From a bacterium (lineage in GTDB: Bacteria > UBA8248), in the NCBI GenBank assembly GCA_965202625.1, contig CBDBBI010000010.1, forward strand, positions 2,656,001 to 2,720,000: a stretch of DNA of 64,000 nt. The letters run 5' to 3'. The notes below the pieces were generated by a model. The model was not told the origin of the DNA and made no database searches. It saw nothing but the letters and a program-made list of their open reading frames with translations. This document shows positions 13,465 to 24,348 of this stretch, piece by piece. A program made the translations under genes and the position numbers. The number at the start of each line of letters is the position of its first letter. Within the stretch, counting starts at the first letter, position 1.

Positions 13465-14643
13465 ATGGCGAAGGCGAAGTTTGAGCGGACGAAGCCGCAC
13501 GTGAACGTAGGGACGATAGGTCACGTTGATCACGGGAAGACGACTCTGACGGCGGCGATCACGCGGCATTTGTCTGGGAAGGGGATGGCGCAGGAGGTAG
13601 GGTTTGACGAGATAGACAAGGCGCCGGAGGAGCGCGAGCGAGGGATAACGATAGCGACGGCGCATGTGGAGTATGAGACGGAGCGTCGGCACTACGCGCA
13701 CGTGGATTGTCCTGGTCATGCGGATTATGTGAAGAACATGATAACGGGCGCGGCGCAGATGGATGGTGCGATTTTAGTGGTTTCTGCTGCGGATGGTCCG
13801 ATGCCGCAGACGCGGGAGCACATTCTGTTGGCGCGCCAGGTGGGGGTTCCGTATATTTGCGTGTATTTGAACAAGGTGGACATGGTGGACGACGAGGAGT
13901 TGCTGGAGTTGGTGGAGTTGGAGGTTCGGGAGTTGCTCTCGACGTATGAGTTTCCTGGAGACGACATACCAGTGGTTCGCGGCTCTGCGCTTCGGGCTTT
14001 GGAGGGGAGCGATACGGGTTCGATAGATGATTTGATGGAAGCGGTGGACGAGTATATTCCTGAGCCTGTTCGGGACGTTGACAAGCCGTTTTTGATGCCT
14101 GTGGAGGATGTGTTCTCGATATCGGGTCGAGGGACGGTGGCGACGGGTCGGGTGGAGCGCGGGGTTGTGAACGTGGGGGACGATGTAGAGATAGTGGGGA
14201 TAACGGATACGCGGAAGACGGTGGCGACGGGCGTGGAGATGTTTCGCAAGTTGCTGGATCAGGGTCGTGCGGGCGACAACGTGGGAGTTTTGCTTCGGGG
14301 TGTGAAGAAAGACGAGATAGAGCGGGGGCAGGTTTTGTCGGCGCCCACGTCAATACTGCCGCATCTGAAGTTCAAGGGCGAGGTGTATATTCTGACGAAG
14401 GAGGAAGGGGGTCGTCACACGCCGTTTTTTAACGGGTATCGTCCACAGTTTTATTTTCGGACGACGGATGTGACGGGTCTGGTGACGTTGCCGGAGGGTC
14501 GAGAGATGGTGATGCCCGGAGACAACGTGTCTCTGGACGTGGAGTTGATAACGCCGATAGCGATGGAGCGCGAGTTGCGGTTCGCGATACGCGAGGGTGG
14601 GCGCACGGTGGGTGCCGGCGTCGTCACCGAAGTCCTCCAGTAG
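13465..14643 (+). CDS. tuf: Elongation factor Tu
   Basis: [34 protein letters not shown]. Confidence 0.99.
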   Translation: MAKAKFERTKPHVNVGTIGHVDHGKTTLTAAITRHLSGKGMAQEVGFDEIDKAPEERERGITIATAHVEYETERRHYAHVDCPGHADYVKNMITGAAQMDGAILVVSAADGPMPQTREHILLARQVGVPYICVYLNKVDMVDDEELLELVELEVRELLSTYEFPGDDIPVVRGSALRALEGSDTGSIDDLMEAVDEYIPEPVRDVDKPFLMPVEDVFSISGRGTVATGRVERGVVNVGDDVEIVGITDTRKTVATGVEMFRKLLDQGRAGDNVGVLLRGVKKDEIERGQVLSAPTSILPHLKFKGEVYILTKEEGGRHTPFFNGYRPQFYFRTTDVTGLVTLPEGREMVMPGDNVSLDVELITPIAMERELRFAIREGGRTVGAGVVTEVLQ

Positions 14644-14669
14644 CCGTGAAAAAAAGGTAGCGGGAGATC

Positions 14670-14978
14670 ATGAGCCAGAAGATCCGGATTCGGTTGAAAG
14701 CCTACGATCATCGCCTGTTGGATCAATCGGTGGGCGAGATTGTTGATACAGTGAAGCGCACGGGTGCCTTGTTGGTTGGTCCCGTGCCGCTGCCCACCTC
14801 CATCAATAAGTATACGGTGCTGCGCGGCCCGCACATCGACAAAAAATCGAGAGAGCAGTTTGAAATTCGGACGCACAAGCGCCTTGTGGACATCATGGAG
14901 CCGACGCAGCGGACGGTGGACGCGTTGATGAAGCTGGAACTCGCCGCTGGCGTGGACGTCGAGATCAAGTTGAATTAG
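14670..14978 (+). CDS. rpsJ: 30S ribosomal protein S10
   Basis: [31 protein letters not shown]. Confidence 0.99.
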   Translation: MSQKIRIRLKAYDHRLLDQSVGEIVDTVKRTGALLVGPVPLPTSINKYTVLRGPHIDKKSREQFEIRTHKRLVDIMEPTQRTVDALMKLELAAGVDVEIKLN

Positions 14979-14983
14979 ACGGG

Positions 14984-15706
14984 ATGGGAGAGATGGAATT
15001 TTTGCTTGGTCGAAAAATTGGAATGACCCAGGTTTTTTCTCCGGATGGAGGCTCCGTTTCAGTGACGGTAGTCGAGGCCGGCCCCTGCACCGTCGTGCAG
15101 CGTAAGAGCGAGGAGAGAGACGGTTACGCGGCGCTTCAGCTAGGCTATATGCCCCGAAAGGAGAAGGGGCTCTCGAAGGCGGCCCTGGGTCATTTCCGAA
15201 AAGCGGGGACGCAGCCATTTCGCTATCTGAGGGAAGTTCCATTTGAGGAAGGGGATGCGTCCTTAGAGTCCGGTAGCTTGGTGGACGTGACGATATTCGA
15301 TCGGGGCGATCGCCTTGATGTGACGGGTACGAGCAAGGGGCGCGGCTTCGCTGGCGTGATGAAGCGCCATGGCTTCGGCGGCGGACCGGCCTCTCACGGT
15401 GGCATGTTCGACCGCCTGCCCGGCGCGATGGGAGCCTCGGCCTATCCCTCGAAAATCATCAAGGGAAAGAAAATGCCGGGTCAGATGGGAAACAAGAGGT
15501 TCACTGCGCAGGGGCTTTTGGTGGTGGACGTCATTCCCGAAGATAACCTGCTTCTGCTTCGAGGTGCTGTCCCCGGGGCGAATAATGGATTTTTGGTTTT
15601 GCGCACAAGTGTCAAGGGCGACAAGGGCGGGTTGGAGAAGCCAAAAGAGCAGACCAGAAGTCTGGATCCTCTAAAGGCTTCCAAGCGGGCCGCTCGAGGA
15701 AATTGA
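14984..15706 (+). CDS. rplC: 50S ribosomal protein L3
   Basis: GRKIGMTQVF, GTSKGRGFAG, KGKKMPGQMG. Confidence 0.98.
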   Translation: MGEMEFLLGRKIGMTQVFSPDGGSVSVTVVEAGPCTVVQRKSEERDGYAALQLGYMPRKEKGLSKAALGHFRKAGTQPFRYLREVPFEEGDASLESGSLVDVTIFDRGDRLDVTGTSKGRGFAGVMKRHGFGGGPASHGGMFDRLPGAMGASAYPSKIIKGKKMPGQMGNKRFTAQGLLVVDVIPEDNLLLLRGAVPGANNGFLVLRTSVKGDKGGLEKPKEQTRSLDPLKASKRAARGN

Positions 15707-15714
15707 GGAACGAG

Positions 15715-16341
15715 ATGCACCAAATCGACGTCTATGACCTAGAGGGAAGGGTGGTGGAGCGGATGGATTTGCCCGAATCCGTTTTTGACGGGCGGGTCAA
15801 GATGCACCTGATCCACCAGATGGTGAAGGCCCAACTCGCGGTGCGGCGGGCGGGCACGCATTCGACGCTGACGCGCAAGGAGGTGCATGGCACGGGGGCG
15901 AAGCCTTTCCGGCAAAAGGGCGGAGGTCGTGCGCGCGCAGGCGACGTGAAATCACCCATCTGGCGGCATGGAGGAGTGGCCTTTGGTGTCAAGCCGCGCG
16001 ACTACGAGCAGAAGATGAATAAGAAGATGAGGCGCGGCGCGTTGAGGAGTGCTCTCAACCTCAAGTGGAAGGAAGGAAAACTGCTCGTCGTGCGCGACCT
16101 CCATTTGCCGGAGCCAAAGACGCGTCTGGTGACGAGCGTCATCGAAAGTTTGAACCTGGGGCGCAAGTCGTTGGTCGTGGATGATGGGAAGGAACGGAAT
16201 TTCGAGTTGGGGTCGAGAAACGTCAAGGGAACGAAGCCGATAAGACCTGAGGGTCTGAACGTGTATGACATCATGGGTCATGAGCACCTGGTCTTCACTA
16301 GGCGCGCGCTTGAGGGCATCTCCGAAAGGTTGGGGGGTTAA
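15715..16341 (+). CDS. rplD: 50S ribosomal protein L4
   Basis: KPFRQKG..RARAG..SPIWRHGG; ATG 15715 after GAGGA (TTG 15703 is an alternative). Confidence 0.97.
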   Translation: MHQIDVYDLEGRVVERMDLPESVFDGRVKMHLIHQMVKAQLAVRRAGTHSTLTRKEVHGTGAKPFRQKGGGRARAGDVKSPIWRHGGVAFGVKPRDYEQKMNKKMRRGALRSALNLKWKEGKLLVVRDLHLPEPKTRLVTSVIESLNLGRKSLVVDDGKERNFELGSRNVKGTKPIRPEGLNVYDIMGHEHLVFTRRALEGISERLGG

Positions 16342-16344
16342 GAG

Positions 16345-16632
16345 GTGGAGAGCACGTTTATCATCCGCCGCCCCTGCGTGACGGAAAAGAGCATCGCGAG
16401 CGCTGAGGGAGCGAACAAAATCGTCTTCGAAGTCGCCATGGACGCCAATAAAATAGAGATCAAGAAGGCGGTGGAAGAGTTGTTCGGCGTGGTAGTGCTC
16501 AACGTGAACACGATGCGAATGCCCAGCAAGAGCGTTCGTATGGGACGTCATCAGGGCAGAAAGCCGCCGTGGAAAAAAGCGATAGTGACGTTGCGCGAGG
16601 GCGATACTATCGAGTTTTTTGAATCCGCTTAG
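16345..16632 (+). CDS. rplW: 50S ribosomal protein L23
   Basis: [23 protein letters not shown]. Confidence 0.98.
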   Translation: MESTFIIRRPCVTEKSIASAEGANKIVFEVAMDANKIEIKKAVEELFGVVVLNVNTMRMPSKSVRMGRHQGRKPPWKKAIVTLREGDTIEFFESA

Positions 16633-16649
16633 TTTTTGGAGTGTGTGTT

Positions 16650-17480
16650 ATGCCGGTCAAAAAATACAAACCGACCTCTCCGGGACGAAGGTTTCAGGAT
16701 GTCCTGACACGTGAGGACATAACGGCGGATCGCCCCGAAAAAACCCTCACCAGGGGAATGTCGAAATCCGGCGGACGCAACAACCGGGGGCGCATCACCA
16801 CCTACCAAAGAGGTGGAGGCCACAAGCGCCGCTATCGGGTGGTGGATTTTCGGCGCGAGAAGATCGGTGTGCCCGGCAAGGTGCGTTCCATTGAGTACGA
16901 CCCTAACCGCTCTGCGCGTTTGGCGCTCGTTGTCTATCTGGACGGGGAGAAGCGTTACATCATCGCGCCCGATGGACTGGAAGTGGGTGCTACTGTCAGT
17001 TCGGGGCCAGAATCTGAAATTCGCGTCGGCAACGCGTTGCCCGTAGAGCGGATTCCATTGGGGACGACATGCCACAACATCGAGATGAAACCCGGGAGGG
17101 GGGGGCAGATTGCCCGCAGCGCGGGCGTGAGTGCCCAGCTCATGGCGAAGGAGGGCAATTATGCGCAATTTCGCCTCTCCTCCGGCGAGGTTCGCATGAT
17201 TCACCTCTCTTGCTATGCCACAATAGGCGAAGTGGGAAATTCCGACCACGGCAACGTGAGTCTCGGCAAGGCGGGGCGAAAGCGTTGGCTGGGCCGACGT
17301 CCAAACGTCCGCGGCGTTGCCATGAATCCGGTGGATCACCCCTTGGGTGGTGGCGAAGGGAAAAGTTCGGGCGGCAGGCACCCGGTCACTCCGTGGGGGA
17401 AGCCGACGAAAGGGTATAAGACGCGGAAGAAGGGAAAGTCCTCTTCCAAGTTCATCGTGCGGCGCGGAAAATCCAGATAG
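16650..17480 (+). CDS. rplB: 50S ribosomal protein L2
   Basis: [36 protein letters not shown]. Confidence 0.99.
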   Translation: MPVKKYKPTSPGRRFQDVLTREDITADRPEKTLTRGMSKSGGRNNRGRITTYQRGGGHKRRYRVVDFRREKIGVPGKVRSIEYDPNRSARLALVVYLDGEKRYIIAPDGLEVGATVSSGPESEIRVGNALPVERIPLGTTCHNIEMKPGRGGQIARSAGVSAQLMAKEGNYAQFRLSSGEVRMIHLSCYATIGEVGNSDHGNVSLGKAGRKRWLGRRPNVRGVAMNPVDHPLGGGEGKSSGGRHPVTPWGKPTKGYKTRKKGKSSSKFIVRRGKSR

Positions 17481-17506
17481 CTGGATTTCAGGGAGGTTTC
17501 ATAGAG

Positions 17507-17791
17507 ATGCCACGTTCTCTTCATAAAGGACCATTTATAGATACCCATCTTCGCAAGAAGGTGGAGGCGATGGACGAGAGCGGCGAGAAGAGGATGATCA
17601 GGACTTGGTCGAGACGTTCCACCATCATCCCTGACTTCGTCGGTCATACGTTCGCCGTGCACAATGGCAAGAAATTCATCCCCGTTTACGTGACGGAGAA
17701 CATGGTGGGCTTCAAACTTGGGGATTTTTCTCCGACTCGGACGTTTCGCTCCCACTCCGGTATGGCGAAGCGGCAGGTGACGCTGAAATAG
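17507..17791 (+). CDS. rpsS: 30S ribosomal protein S19
   Basis: [22 protein letters not shown]. Confidence 0.99.
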   Translation: MPRSLHKGPFIDTHLRKKVEAMDESGEKRMIRTWSRRSTIIPDFVGHTFAVHNGKKFIPVYVTENMVGFKLGDFSPTRTFRSHSGMAKRQVTLK

Positions 17792-17829
17792 TTTTTCGTT
17801 CGAACGGACGGGAGGGGCAAGGGAAAGGC

Positions 17830-18165
17830 ATGGCGAGAGCGACTTTGCTATACTATCGGGCCAAACCGCGCAAGACGCGCCAGATAGCCGACATGATTCG
17901 CGGGGAGCGGGTGTCGGACGCGCTCACGCTTTTGCGCCTTTCCGTGCGTTCTTCGGCGCGGGTGGTGGAGAAGGTTCTTCTTTCTGCGCTGGCGAATGCC
18001 ACGGAAAAGGGGGAGAACGACGATCCCGAAGGTTTGATCGTCAGAAGCGCGCGGGTTGACAATGGGCCGACCCTCAAGCGCTTTCGCGCGCGAGCGCGCG
18101 GCCGCACTGGCCGCGTGAAACATCGGAGCTGCTACGTTCACGTAGATATTGGAGAGGCGGGTTAG
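17830..18165 (+). CDS. rplV: 50S ribosomal protein L22
   Basis: PRKTRQIADMIRG, GPTLKRFRARARGR; S10-operon position. Confidence 0.97.
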   Translation: MARATLLYYRAKPRKTRQIADMIRGERVSDALTLLRLSVRSSARVVEKVLLSALANATEKGENDDPEGLIVRSARVDNGPTLKRFRARARGRTGRVKHRSCYVHVDIGEAG

Positions 18166-18174
18166 GGGGATAAC

Positions 18175-18840
18175 ATGGGTCAAAAGGTTCATCCCATCGG
18201 GTTTCGGGTCGGCATCACCAGAGGCTGGAATTCGGCATGGTTTGCGAAACGCAATTTCGGCGATCTGCTTTTGGACGATTTACGCATCAAGAAATATGTG
18301 AAGGAGCGTCTCTCTCACGCGGGGGTGAGCAACGTGGAGATCGAGCGCGCCAGCGAGCGGGCGCGCATCAACATCTGGACGGCGCGACCGGGCATCATCA
18401 TCGGAAAGCGTGGAGCAGAGGTGGATAGGCTCAAGGCGGATCTGCAAAGGCTGACGGGCAAACAGGTGAACGTGAACATCAAGGAAGTGCGCAAGGCGGA
18501 AATGGACGCCCAACTCGTGGCGGAGAACATCGCCATGCAGCTGGAGCGTCGAATCGCTTTTCGCCGCGCCATGAAAAAATCGGTGACCTCGGCCCTTCGA
18601 TTCGGCGCTAAGGGCGTGAAGATTCAGTGCTCTGGCAGGTTGGGCGGCTCCGAGATTGCGCGAACGGAATGGTATCGGGAGGGGCGCGTGCCCCTGCAGA
18701 CTCTTCGCGCGGATATTGACTACGGGTTCGCCGAAAGCAAGACGACGTATGGAATCGTCGGCGTGAAGGTCTGGATATTCAGGGGCGAGATGATTCGACA
18801 GGCCAGAAGAAAGCCGGCTTCTCAGCCGCTGGGTACCTGA
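18175..18840 (+). CDS. rpsC: 30S ribosomal protein S3
   Basis: [31 protein letters not shown]. Confidence 0.99.
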   Translation: MGQKVHPIGFRVGITRGWNSAWFAKRNFGDLLLDDLRIKKYVKERLSHAGVSNVEIERASERARINIWTARPGIIIGKRGAEVDRLKADLQRLTGKQVNVNIKEVRKAEMDAQLVAENIAMQLERRIAFRRAMKKSVTSALRFGAKGVKIQCSGRLGGSEIARTEWYREGRVPLQTLRADIDYGFAESKTTYGIVGVKVWIFRGEMIRQARRKPASQPLGT

Positions 18841-18859
18841 GCCGCTTAGGGGGCGAGAT

Positions 18860-19267
18860 ATGTTGCAACCAAAAAGAACGAAGTTCAGAAAAATGCAAAA
18901 GGGCCGTCTGAACGGGAAGGCCCAGCGCGGCGCCACGCTCTCGTTTGGTTCCTATGGACTTCAAGCCCTGGAGACGACACATATTACGGCACGCCAGATT
19001 GAGGCGGCCCGTATCGCGATGACGCGCCACGTCAAGCGCGGCGGGCGGATATGGATTCGCCTTTTTCCGGATAAGCCTGTTTGCAAGAAACCGGCCGAGG
19101 TTCGTATGGGCAAGGGCAAAGGCGCGCCCGAGTCGTGGGTCTCGCCCGTGCGCGCGGGCAAAGTGCTCTATGAGATGGATGGAGTCGGCGATGATGTCGC
19201 GCGCGAGGCGCTTCGTCTAGCTGCCCAGAAGCTACCCTGCAAAACCCGAATCGTGAATGCTTCATGA
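18860..19267 (+). CDS. rplP: 50S ribosomal protein L16
   Basis: [18 protein letters not shown]. Confidence 0.99.
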   Translation: MLQPKRTKFRKMQKGRLNGKAQRGATLSFGSYGLQALETTHITARQIEAARIAMTRHVKRGGRIWIRLFPDKPVCKKPAEVRMGKGKGAPESWVSPVRAGKVLYEMDGVGDDVAREALRLAAQKLPCKTRIVNAS

Positions 19268-19279
19268 GAGGTTGACGGC

Positions 19280-19495
19280 GTGAAATACAGCGAAGTGCTC
19301 GATTTGAGCGATGACGAACTGGGATTGAAAGAGAAGGAGCTGCGTCAGGAATTGTTCAACTTGCGCTTTCGCAAGGCGACGGGCCAGTTGGACAACACGG
19401 CGCGCATCGGCCTTTTGAAGCAGGATTTAGCGCGGGTGTTGACTTCAAGGCATGAGCGGGCGCGGACGACGGGCGCTGGGGGAGAGCGGTCATAG
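19280..19495 (+). CDS. rpmC: 50S ribosomal protein L29
   Basis: ELFNLRF..ATGQLDN..RI. Confidence 0.96.
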   Translation: MKYSEVLDLSDDELGLKEKELRQELFNLRFRKATGQLDNTARIGLLKQDLARVLTSRHERARTTGAGGERS

Positions 19496-19756
19496 ATGAA
19501 TGAGGTTCGGGGCAGGCGGAAGGTCCGAGAAGGGAAAGTTGTGAGCGATCGCATGGATAAGACTGTCACCGTTGAGGTGGTGCGCATCTTTAAGCATGCG
19601 ACCTTCAAGCGCGTCGTGCGCAGGCGCAAGAAGTATTTGGTGCATGATGAAGAAAACGCCCTCCATGTGGGGGACAGGGTGCGCATCATTGAGTCCAGGC
19701 CGCTGAGCCGGAAGAAGCGCTGGCGCCTTCTGGAAGTGATCCAGCGGGCGAGGTAG
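19496..19756 (+). CDS. rpsQ: 30S ribosomal protein S17
   Basis: GKVVSDRMDKT, HDEEN, RPLSRKKRW. Confidence 0.98.
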   Translation: MNEVRGRRKVREGKVVSDRMDKTVTVEVVRIFKHATFKRVVRRRKKYLVHDEENALHVGDRVRIIESRPLSRKKRWRLLEVIQRAR

Positions 19757-19768
19757 GGAACGAGAGAA

Positions 19769-20137
19769 ATGATTCAGGTTGAAACGATGTGTAGCGTGGC
19801 GGATAATTCGGGGGCGAAGCGCGCTCAATGCATCAAGGTGTTGGGTGGTTCTCGGCGCAGGTACGCGCGAATCGGCGATATCATTGTCGTGGCGATTAAG
19901 GAGGCCATACCGAATAGTTCCGTGAAAAAGGGAGAGGTCAGGCGGGCCGTCGTGGTTCGGACTGTAAAGGAGACCGGGCGGGCGGACGGCACCTATATTC
20001 GCTTTGACGACAACGCCGTCGTCATCATCAACGAAGCGCGTGAACCGATGGGGACGCGCATTTTCGGGCCAGTAGCCCGCGAGTTGAGGCGAAAGCGGTT
20101 CATGCGCATCGTCTCGCTCGCGCCGGAGGTTTTGTGA
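19769..20137 (+). CDS. rplN: 50S ribosomal protein L14
   Basis: [27 protein letters not shown]. Confidence 0.99.
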   Translation: MIQVETMCSVADNSGAKRAQCIKVLGGSRRRYARIGDIIVVAIKEAIPNSSVKKGEVRRAVVVRTVKETGRADGTYIRFDDNAVVIINEAREPMGTRIFGPVARELRRKRFMRIVSLAPEVL

Positions 20138-20160
20138 GGAACAAATTGGGCGCGAACTCT

Positions 20161-20484
20161 ATGAAGGCGCATGTGAAAAAGGGCGACATTGTTCAGGTGA
20201 TCGCAGGCCGTGAAAAGGGCAAGACCGGCAAGGTGCTTCAGGTACTCAAGAATGAGAACCGCGTGCTTGTCGAGAAGCTGAACATGGTGAAGCGACATAC
20301 GAAGCCGACCCAGGCGAATCAGCGGGGCGGCATTCTGGAGCGCGAGGGGAAGATTCATATTTCCAACGTCATGCCGATGGACCCCAAGACGAGTCGTCCC
20401 TCCCGCGTTCAAAGGAAGCGACTTGAAGATGGCGCGCGTGTACGCGTGACACAGCGTAGCGGCGAATTGCTCGACACAGTGTAG
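20161..20484 (+). CDS. rplX: 50S ribosomal protein L24
   Basis: [16 protein letters not shown] (KOW), IHISNV; GTG 20134 is an alternative start. Confidence 0.97.
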   Translation: MKAHVKKGDIVQVIAGREKGKTGKVLQVLKNENRVLVEKLNMVKRHTKPTQANQRGGILEREGKIHISNVMPMDPKTSRPSRVQRKRLEDGARVRVTQRSGELLDTV

Positions 20485-20497
20485 GCGAAGAAGGGTT

Positions 20498-21058
20498 TTG
20501 ACGGAGATGGTATACGTTCCCAGAATGTTGCGGTTGTATCGTGATGAAATCATCGAGAAGCTTCGCAAGGAGTTTGCATATGCCAACGTCATGCAAATTC
20601 CGCGGCTTCTGAAAGTTACGTTGAACATGGGGCTTGGGGAGGCCGTTCAGAACGCGGCGACTCTCCAGAACGGTATCGCGGAGTTGACGAGTGTTGCGGG
20701 ACAGAAGCCGGTCATCACACGGGCGAGGAAATCGATTGCGAATTTCAAGCTTCGCGAGGGGATGCCCATCGGAGCGATGGTGACGCTTCGAGGTGCTCGG
20801 ATGTGGGATTTCACGGATCGTCTGGTGAATGTGGCCCTCCCCCGCGTGCGCGATTTTAGGGGGTTGAGTCCAAAGTCGTTTGACGGCCGTGGAAATTACA
20901 GCCTAGGACTTCGCGATCAAATCATTTTTCCCGAAATCGACATCGACAAAGTGGATAAATCTCGTGGTATTGGTATTGTCATGAATACGTCGGCGAACAC
21001 GGATGAGGAGGGACGGGCGTTGCTTCGCGAGTTGGGCGTCCCCTTCAGGACGACTTAG
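20498..21058 (+). CDS. rplE: 50S ribosomal protein L5
   Basis: [30 protein letters not shown]. Confidence 0.98.
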   Translation: MTEMVYVPRMLRLYRDEIIEKLRKEFAYANVMQIPRLLKVTLNMGLGEAVQNAATLQNGIAELTSVAGQKPVITRARKSIANFKLREGMPIGAMVTLRGARMWDFTDRLVNVALPRVRDFRGLSPKSFDGRGNYSLGLRDQIIFPEIDIDKVDKSRGIGIVMNTSANTDEEGRALLRELGVPFRTT

Positions 21059-21070
21059 AGAGGAAATGTG

Positions 21071-21256
21071 GTGGCGAAAAAGTGTCTGATCGCGAAACAG
21101 AGAAAAAAGTCTAAATTCGGCGTTCGCGCCTATAATCGTTGCCAGCGTTGCGGGCGTCCTAGGGGGTATTTGAGGCGCTTTCGGCTTTGCCGGATATGCT
21201 TCCGTGAATTGTCGCTCAAGGGCGAGATTCCGGGAGTCACGAAATCAAGCTGGTAG
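21071..21256 (+). CDS. rpsN: 30S ribosomal protein S14, short Zn-binding (type Z) form
   Basis: RCQRCGR...[15 protein letters not shown]. Confidence 0.97.
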   Translation: MAKKCLIAKQRKKSKFGVRAYNRCQRCGRPRGYLRRFRLCRICFRELSLKGEIPGVTKSSW

Positions 21257-21271
21257 TCGGAGACGAAGAAC

Positions 21272-21673
21272 ATGAGCATGACAGATCCTGTTGCCGATCT
21301 TCTGACGCGCATTCGCAACGCGGTGCGCGCGGGGCATTCGAAAGTTGTGATTCCTGGGAGTCGGCTGAAATCCCAGGTCGTCGGTATTCTGAAGACCCAA
21401 GGCTATGTCAAGGGATACGAAGTCGCGCCCGGTCCGGCGGGGCAGAGTGAGATCAGGGTGGATCTCAAGCCTCCTCAGGACGGCAAGCTCGTGCTGAGCG
21501 GTCTTAAGCGCGTCAGCAAACCCGGTCTTCGCGTGTACGTAGGTAAGGAGTTCGTACCCAAGGTGCTCAATGGCATGGGAATAGCGATTCTCACGACCTC
21601 GAGAGGCGTGCTGACGGATGAGGAGGCGAGAATCCTAGGAGTGGGCGGGGAAGTTCTTTGTGAGATTTGGTGA
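21272..21673 (+). CDS. rpsH: 30S ribosomal protein S8
   Basis: DPVADLLTRIRN, SKPGLRVY, VGGEVL. Confidence 0.98.
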   Translation: MSMTDPVADLLTRIRNAVRAGHSKVVIPGSRLKSQVVGILKTQGYVKGYEVAPGPAGQSEIRVDLKPPQDGKLVLSGLKRVSKPGLRVYVGKEFVPKVLNGMGIAILTTSRGVLTDEEARILGVGGEVLCEIW

Positions 21674-21683
21674 GGTGGCCTGA

Positions 21684-22235
21684 ATGTCGCGTGTTGGAAA
21701 AATGCCGATTCATATACCATTGGGTGTGGGAGTGCAGCTCGACGGGCGGTGCATCTCCGTCAAGGGGCCGCTGGGTGTGCTCTCGCGCGAGTTGCATCAC
21801 CGGATCAGGGTGGAGATAGACATAGATAAGGAGAGCATCGTCGTTTCACGAGTCAGCGAATTGCGCCAGGATAAGTCGCTGCACGGTCTTACGCGTACTC
21901 TGATTGCCAACATGGTGGAGGGTGTGACCCAGGGATTCGAGAAAGAGCTGGAAATCATCGGCCTCGGATACCGCGTGGAAGCGAAGGACGGGGGTGTTGT
22001 CCTGAACGTAGGCTATTCGCATCCGGTGAGCGTCGACCGGATCGAGGGCATCACTTTTGAAGTGCAGAGCGACCGAAATCGAACGGCAATCAAGGTGAAG
22101 GGTGTCGACAAGCAGATGGTGGGGTGGGTGGCTGCTGAAATCCGCAAGGTGAAGCCCCCAGAACCGTATAAAGGCAAGGGCATCCGCTATGCGGGCGAGA
22201 TGGTTCGTCGCAAGGTGGGTAAGACCGGCGTATAG
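21684..22235 (+). CDS. rplF: 50S ribosomal protein L6
   Basis: [17 protein letters not shown]. Confidence 0.98.
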   Translation: MSRVGKMPIHIPLGVGVQLDGRCISVKGPLGVLSRELHHRIRVEIDIDKESIVVSRVSELRQDKSLHGLTRTLIANMVEGVTQGFEKELEIIGLGYRVEAKDGGVVLNVGYSHPVSVDRIEGITFEVQSDRNRTAIKVKGVDKQMVGWVAAEIRKVKPPEPYKGKGIRYAGEMVRRKVGKTGV

Positions 22236-22252
22236 CGCGGGAGGCGGGAGAA

Positions 22253-22633
22253 GTGGGTCGATTGAGCAAGCTGGAAGCGAGACGTAAGCGAAAAATGCGC
22301 ATTCGCAAGAAAAATCGCGGAACGAGCGAGCGTCCGCGTCTGTCCGTTTTCAGGAGCGGCGCGCATATCTACGCCCAAATGATCAACGATGTCTCGGACG
22401 AGACGCTCGCGGCGGCCTCCTCGCGTGAGAAAGGTTTCGCCTCCGAGGCGGAGGCCGCCGAAAGCGCGGGTGGGAGCAATGTGGCGGGTGCCGTCATCGT
22501 CGGCAAGCTTCTGGCGGAACGTGCAAAGGCCAAGGGCGTGGGAAAAGTGGTTTTTGATCGCAACGGCTATCTCTATCATGGTCGCGTGAAGGCGTTGGCC
22601 GATAGCGTGAGAGAGGCGGGGGTGAGTTTCTGA
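22253..22633 (+). CDS. rplR: 50S ribosomal protein L18
   Basis: [25 protein letters not shown]. Confidence 0.98.
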   Translation: MGRLSKLEARRKRKMRIRKKNRGTSERPRLSVFRSGAHIYAQMINDVSDETLAAASSREKGFASEAEAAESAGGSNVAGAVIVGKLLAERAKAKGVGKVVFDRNGYLYHGRVKALADSVREAGVSF

Positions 22634-23322
22634 TGGCGCGAGAAGCGAGAAGAGGACGGAAAAGGGAACCTGAGCATCCCGAGGAGCGTGAATTTATTGA
22701 TCGTGTTATCTACGTGAACCGCGTGGCCAAGGTGGTGAAAGGTGGCCGGCGCTTCAGCTTTAGCGCGTTGGTGACCATCGGCGACAGAAAAGGTCGGGTG
22801 GGCGTCGGTATGGGTAAGGCGAACGAGGTGCCGGAGGCCATTCGCAAGGGCGTGGAGAAAGCCCGCAAGTCGATGGTGAAAGTGTCCCTTGACAAAGAGA
22901 CCATTCCCCATCAGACGATAGGTCGCTTCGGCGCGGGCCGCGTTTTGCTCAAGCCCGCGGCGCGGGGTACGGGCGTTATCGCTGGTGGTCCTGTGCGCGC
23001 GGTGTTGGATGTCGCAGGCGTGCGCGACATATTGACGAAATGCCTCGGCACGAACAACCCCCACAACGTGGCCAAAGCGACGCTGGAGGGTTTGTGCTCG
23101 CTGCGCAGTAGGGAGGATGTGTTTGCGCTCCGGGGAATCGGCGTCGAAAGTGTAGCAAGTGAAGAGGGACGGGACGCGGCGGCTGAGCAGGCCCAAGATC
23201 GACAGACGCAAGGCGAGGAGCCGGCCGCGATCGTAGATGAGACCGTGGAGCGGATTCCCGCTGAAGACGCTGGGGAGGGGAAAATTTACGACAGGTTGAG
23301 AGATGTGGCGAAATCCGGTTAA
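22633..23322 (+). CDS. rpsE: 30S ribosomal protein S5 with long acidic C-terminal extension ending in the start of a foreign domain
   Basis: [23 protein letters not shown]; about 60 extra residues after the normal S5 end. Confidence 0.97.
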   Translation: MAREARRGRKREPEHPEEREFIDRVIYVNRVAKVVKGGRRFSFSALVTIGDRKGRVGVGMGKANEVPEAIRKGVEKARKSMVKVSLDKETIPHQTIGRFGAGRVLLKPAARGTGVIAGGPVRAVLDVAGVRDILTKCLGTNNPHNVAKATLEGLCSLRSREDVFALRGIGVESVASEEGRDAAAEQAQDRQTQGEEPAAIVDETVERIPAEDAGEGKIYDRLRDVAKSG

Positions 23323-23620
23323 ACCACCGGTTACGTGGATATTGCTCCTATCATCGGATGGAACGCGGATGATCAACGATTCCACGACGTCCTCGGTAAA
23401 ATTTCTGTGAAGGAGCACGAGGCGGGCAGACCACTCTTGTCTGTGGTTGTCGTAGAAAATACGGGTGGCAAGCCCGGACCTGATTTTTTTGAACTTGCCA
23501 GAAAATTGATCGCGTTTTTCGGGCGAGAATGAAGAATCCTTTTTTGTGTAAGAACTCAGAAAAGCCCATGCGCATTGGCGTGGCGACGCCAACGCCGAAG
23601 ATGTCGGCGCAGCCGAATAG
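23281..23620 (+). pseudogene. Disrupted ~100-aa hypothetical domain (HTH/winged-helix-like) fused in frame to S5
   Basis: [25 protein letters not shown]...LGKIS..EHEAGRPLLSVVVV...PGPDFFELARKL, +1 shift near 23510, then GENEESFFV*ELRKAHAHWR; TAA at 23320 and 23549. Confidence 0.7.
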
Positions 23621-23629
23621 AGGGAAGAT

Positions 23630-23839
23630 ATGGCGGACGAGAAGGTGAAAATCACCCTGAGAAAGAGTGTGTCCGGATCAGACGTGAGACAGCAAGCTGT
23701 TTTGCGGGGGCTGGGGCTGAGGCGGATCAACCAGACGGTCGTGAAAAAGAACAATGCTTGCATTCGCGGCATGGTGTTCAAGATCAAGCATTTGGTGGAA
23801 ATGAAGGAAGGGCCCGGCACCTTGGGCAGAGGTCTATGA
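23630..23839 (+). CDS. rpmD: 50S ribosomal protein L30
   Basis: [29 protein letters not shown]. Confidence 0.95.
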   Translation: MADEKVKITLRKSVSGSDVRQQAVLRGLGLRRINQTVVKKNNACIRGMVFKIKHLVEMKEGPGTLGRGL

Positions 23840-24348
23840 CTAAGAGCGACGCTACATCAAAAGACTCATTCACGGGTCTGGGAAATATGGCTTCCCCTGA
23901 AGGAGCGACGAAAGCCAGACGCCGCGTGGGGCGCGGTGCGGGTTCTGGCAGGGGTAAGACTTCAACGCGTGGGCACAAGGGTCAAAAATCGCGTTCCGGC
24001 TATCGACGCAAGGTGGGTTTCGAGGGCGGACAAATGCCGCTCCAGCGTCGTTTGCCGAAGCGCGGATTCATCTATCACTTCAAAAAAGAGTTCTCTGAGT
24101 TAAACGTGGATCGTTTGAGCGCTCTGGCCCCGGGCTCCCGTGTCGACGCCGTGACGCTTCAGGCCGCAGGTCTTATTCGGAAAATAGCTAAGGATGGCGT
24201 CAAACTACTGGGCGAAGGCGAAATAGATCGCGCCCTTCACTTAATGGTGCAAAAGTGCAGTCGATCGGCTTGCCGGAAAATCGAAGACATGGGCGGCAGC
24301 GTCGAGATCGTGGCTCTTTCCGACAAGCAAGAGGATAAGGGCGAGTGA
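23836..24348 (+). CDS. rplO: 50S ribosomal protein L15
   Basis: [30 protein letters not shown]; ATG overlaps the rpmD stop (ATGA). Confidence 0.97.
   Translation: MTKSDATSKDSFTGLGNMASPEGATKARRRVGRGAGSGRGKTSTRGHKGQKSRSGYRRKVGFEGGQMPLQRRLPKRGFIYHFKKEFSELNVDRLSALAPGSRVDAVTLQAAGLIRKIAKDGVKLLGEGEIDRALHLMVQKCSRSACRKIEDMGGSVEIVALSDKQEDKGE

Noticed and set aside
13559-14353. Pro-rich 264-aa minus-strand ORF
   Set aside because: Artefact of the G-rich tuf sense strand
23320-23551. Genome-wide stop-codon reassignment as the explanation for in-frame TAA in the S5 passenger domain
   Set aside because: TAA terminates normal genes here (rplA, rplD, infA, rpoA, rpmF, fabD), and a frameshift is also needed
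22576-23820. 414-aa minus-strand ORF across rpsE-rpmD
   Set aside because: Antisense shadow of conserved ribosomal protein genes; no motif, SD or typical codon pattern
23575-23835. Long N-terminal extension of L15 in the ORF track (also upstream extensions of fusA, rpoA, rpoC, fabH, acpP and the flavin reductase)
   Set aside because: These overlap real upstream genes or precede clear SD-start pairs; starts were reassigned downstream
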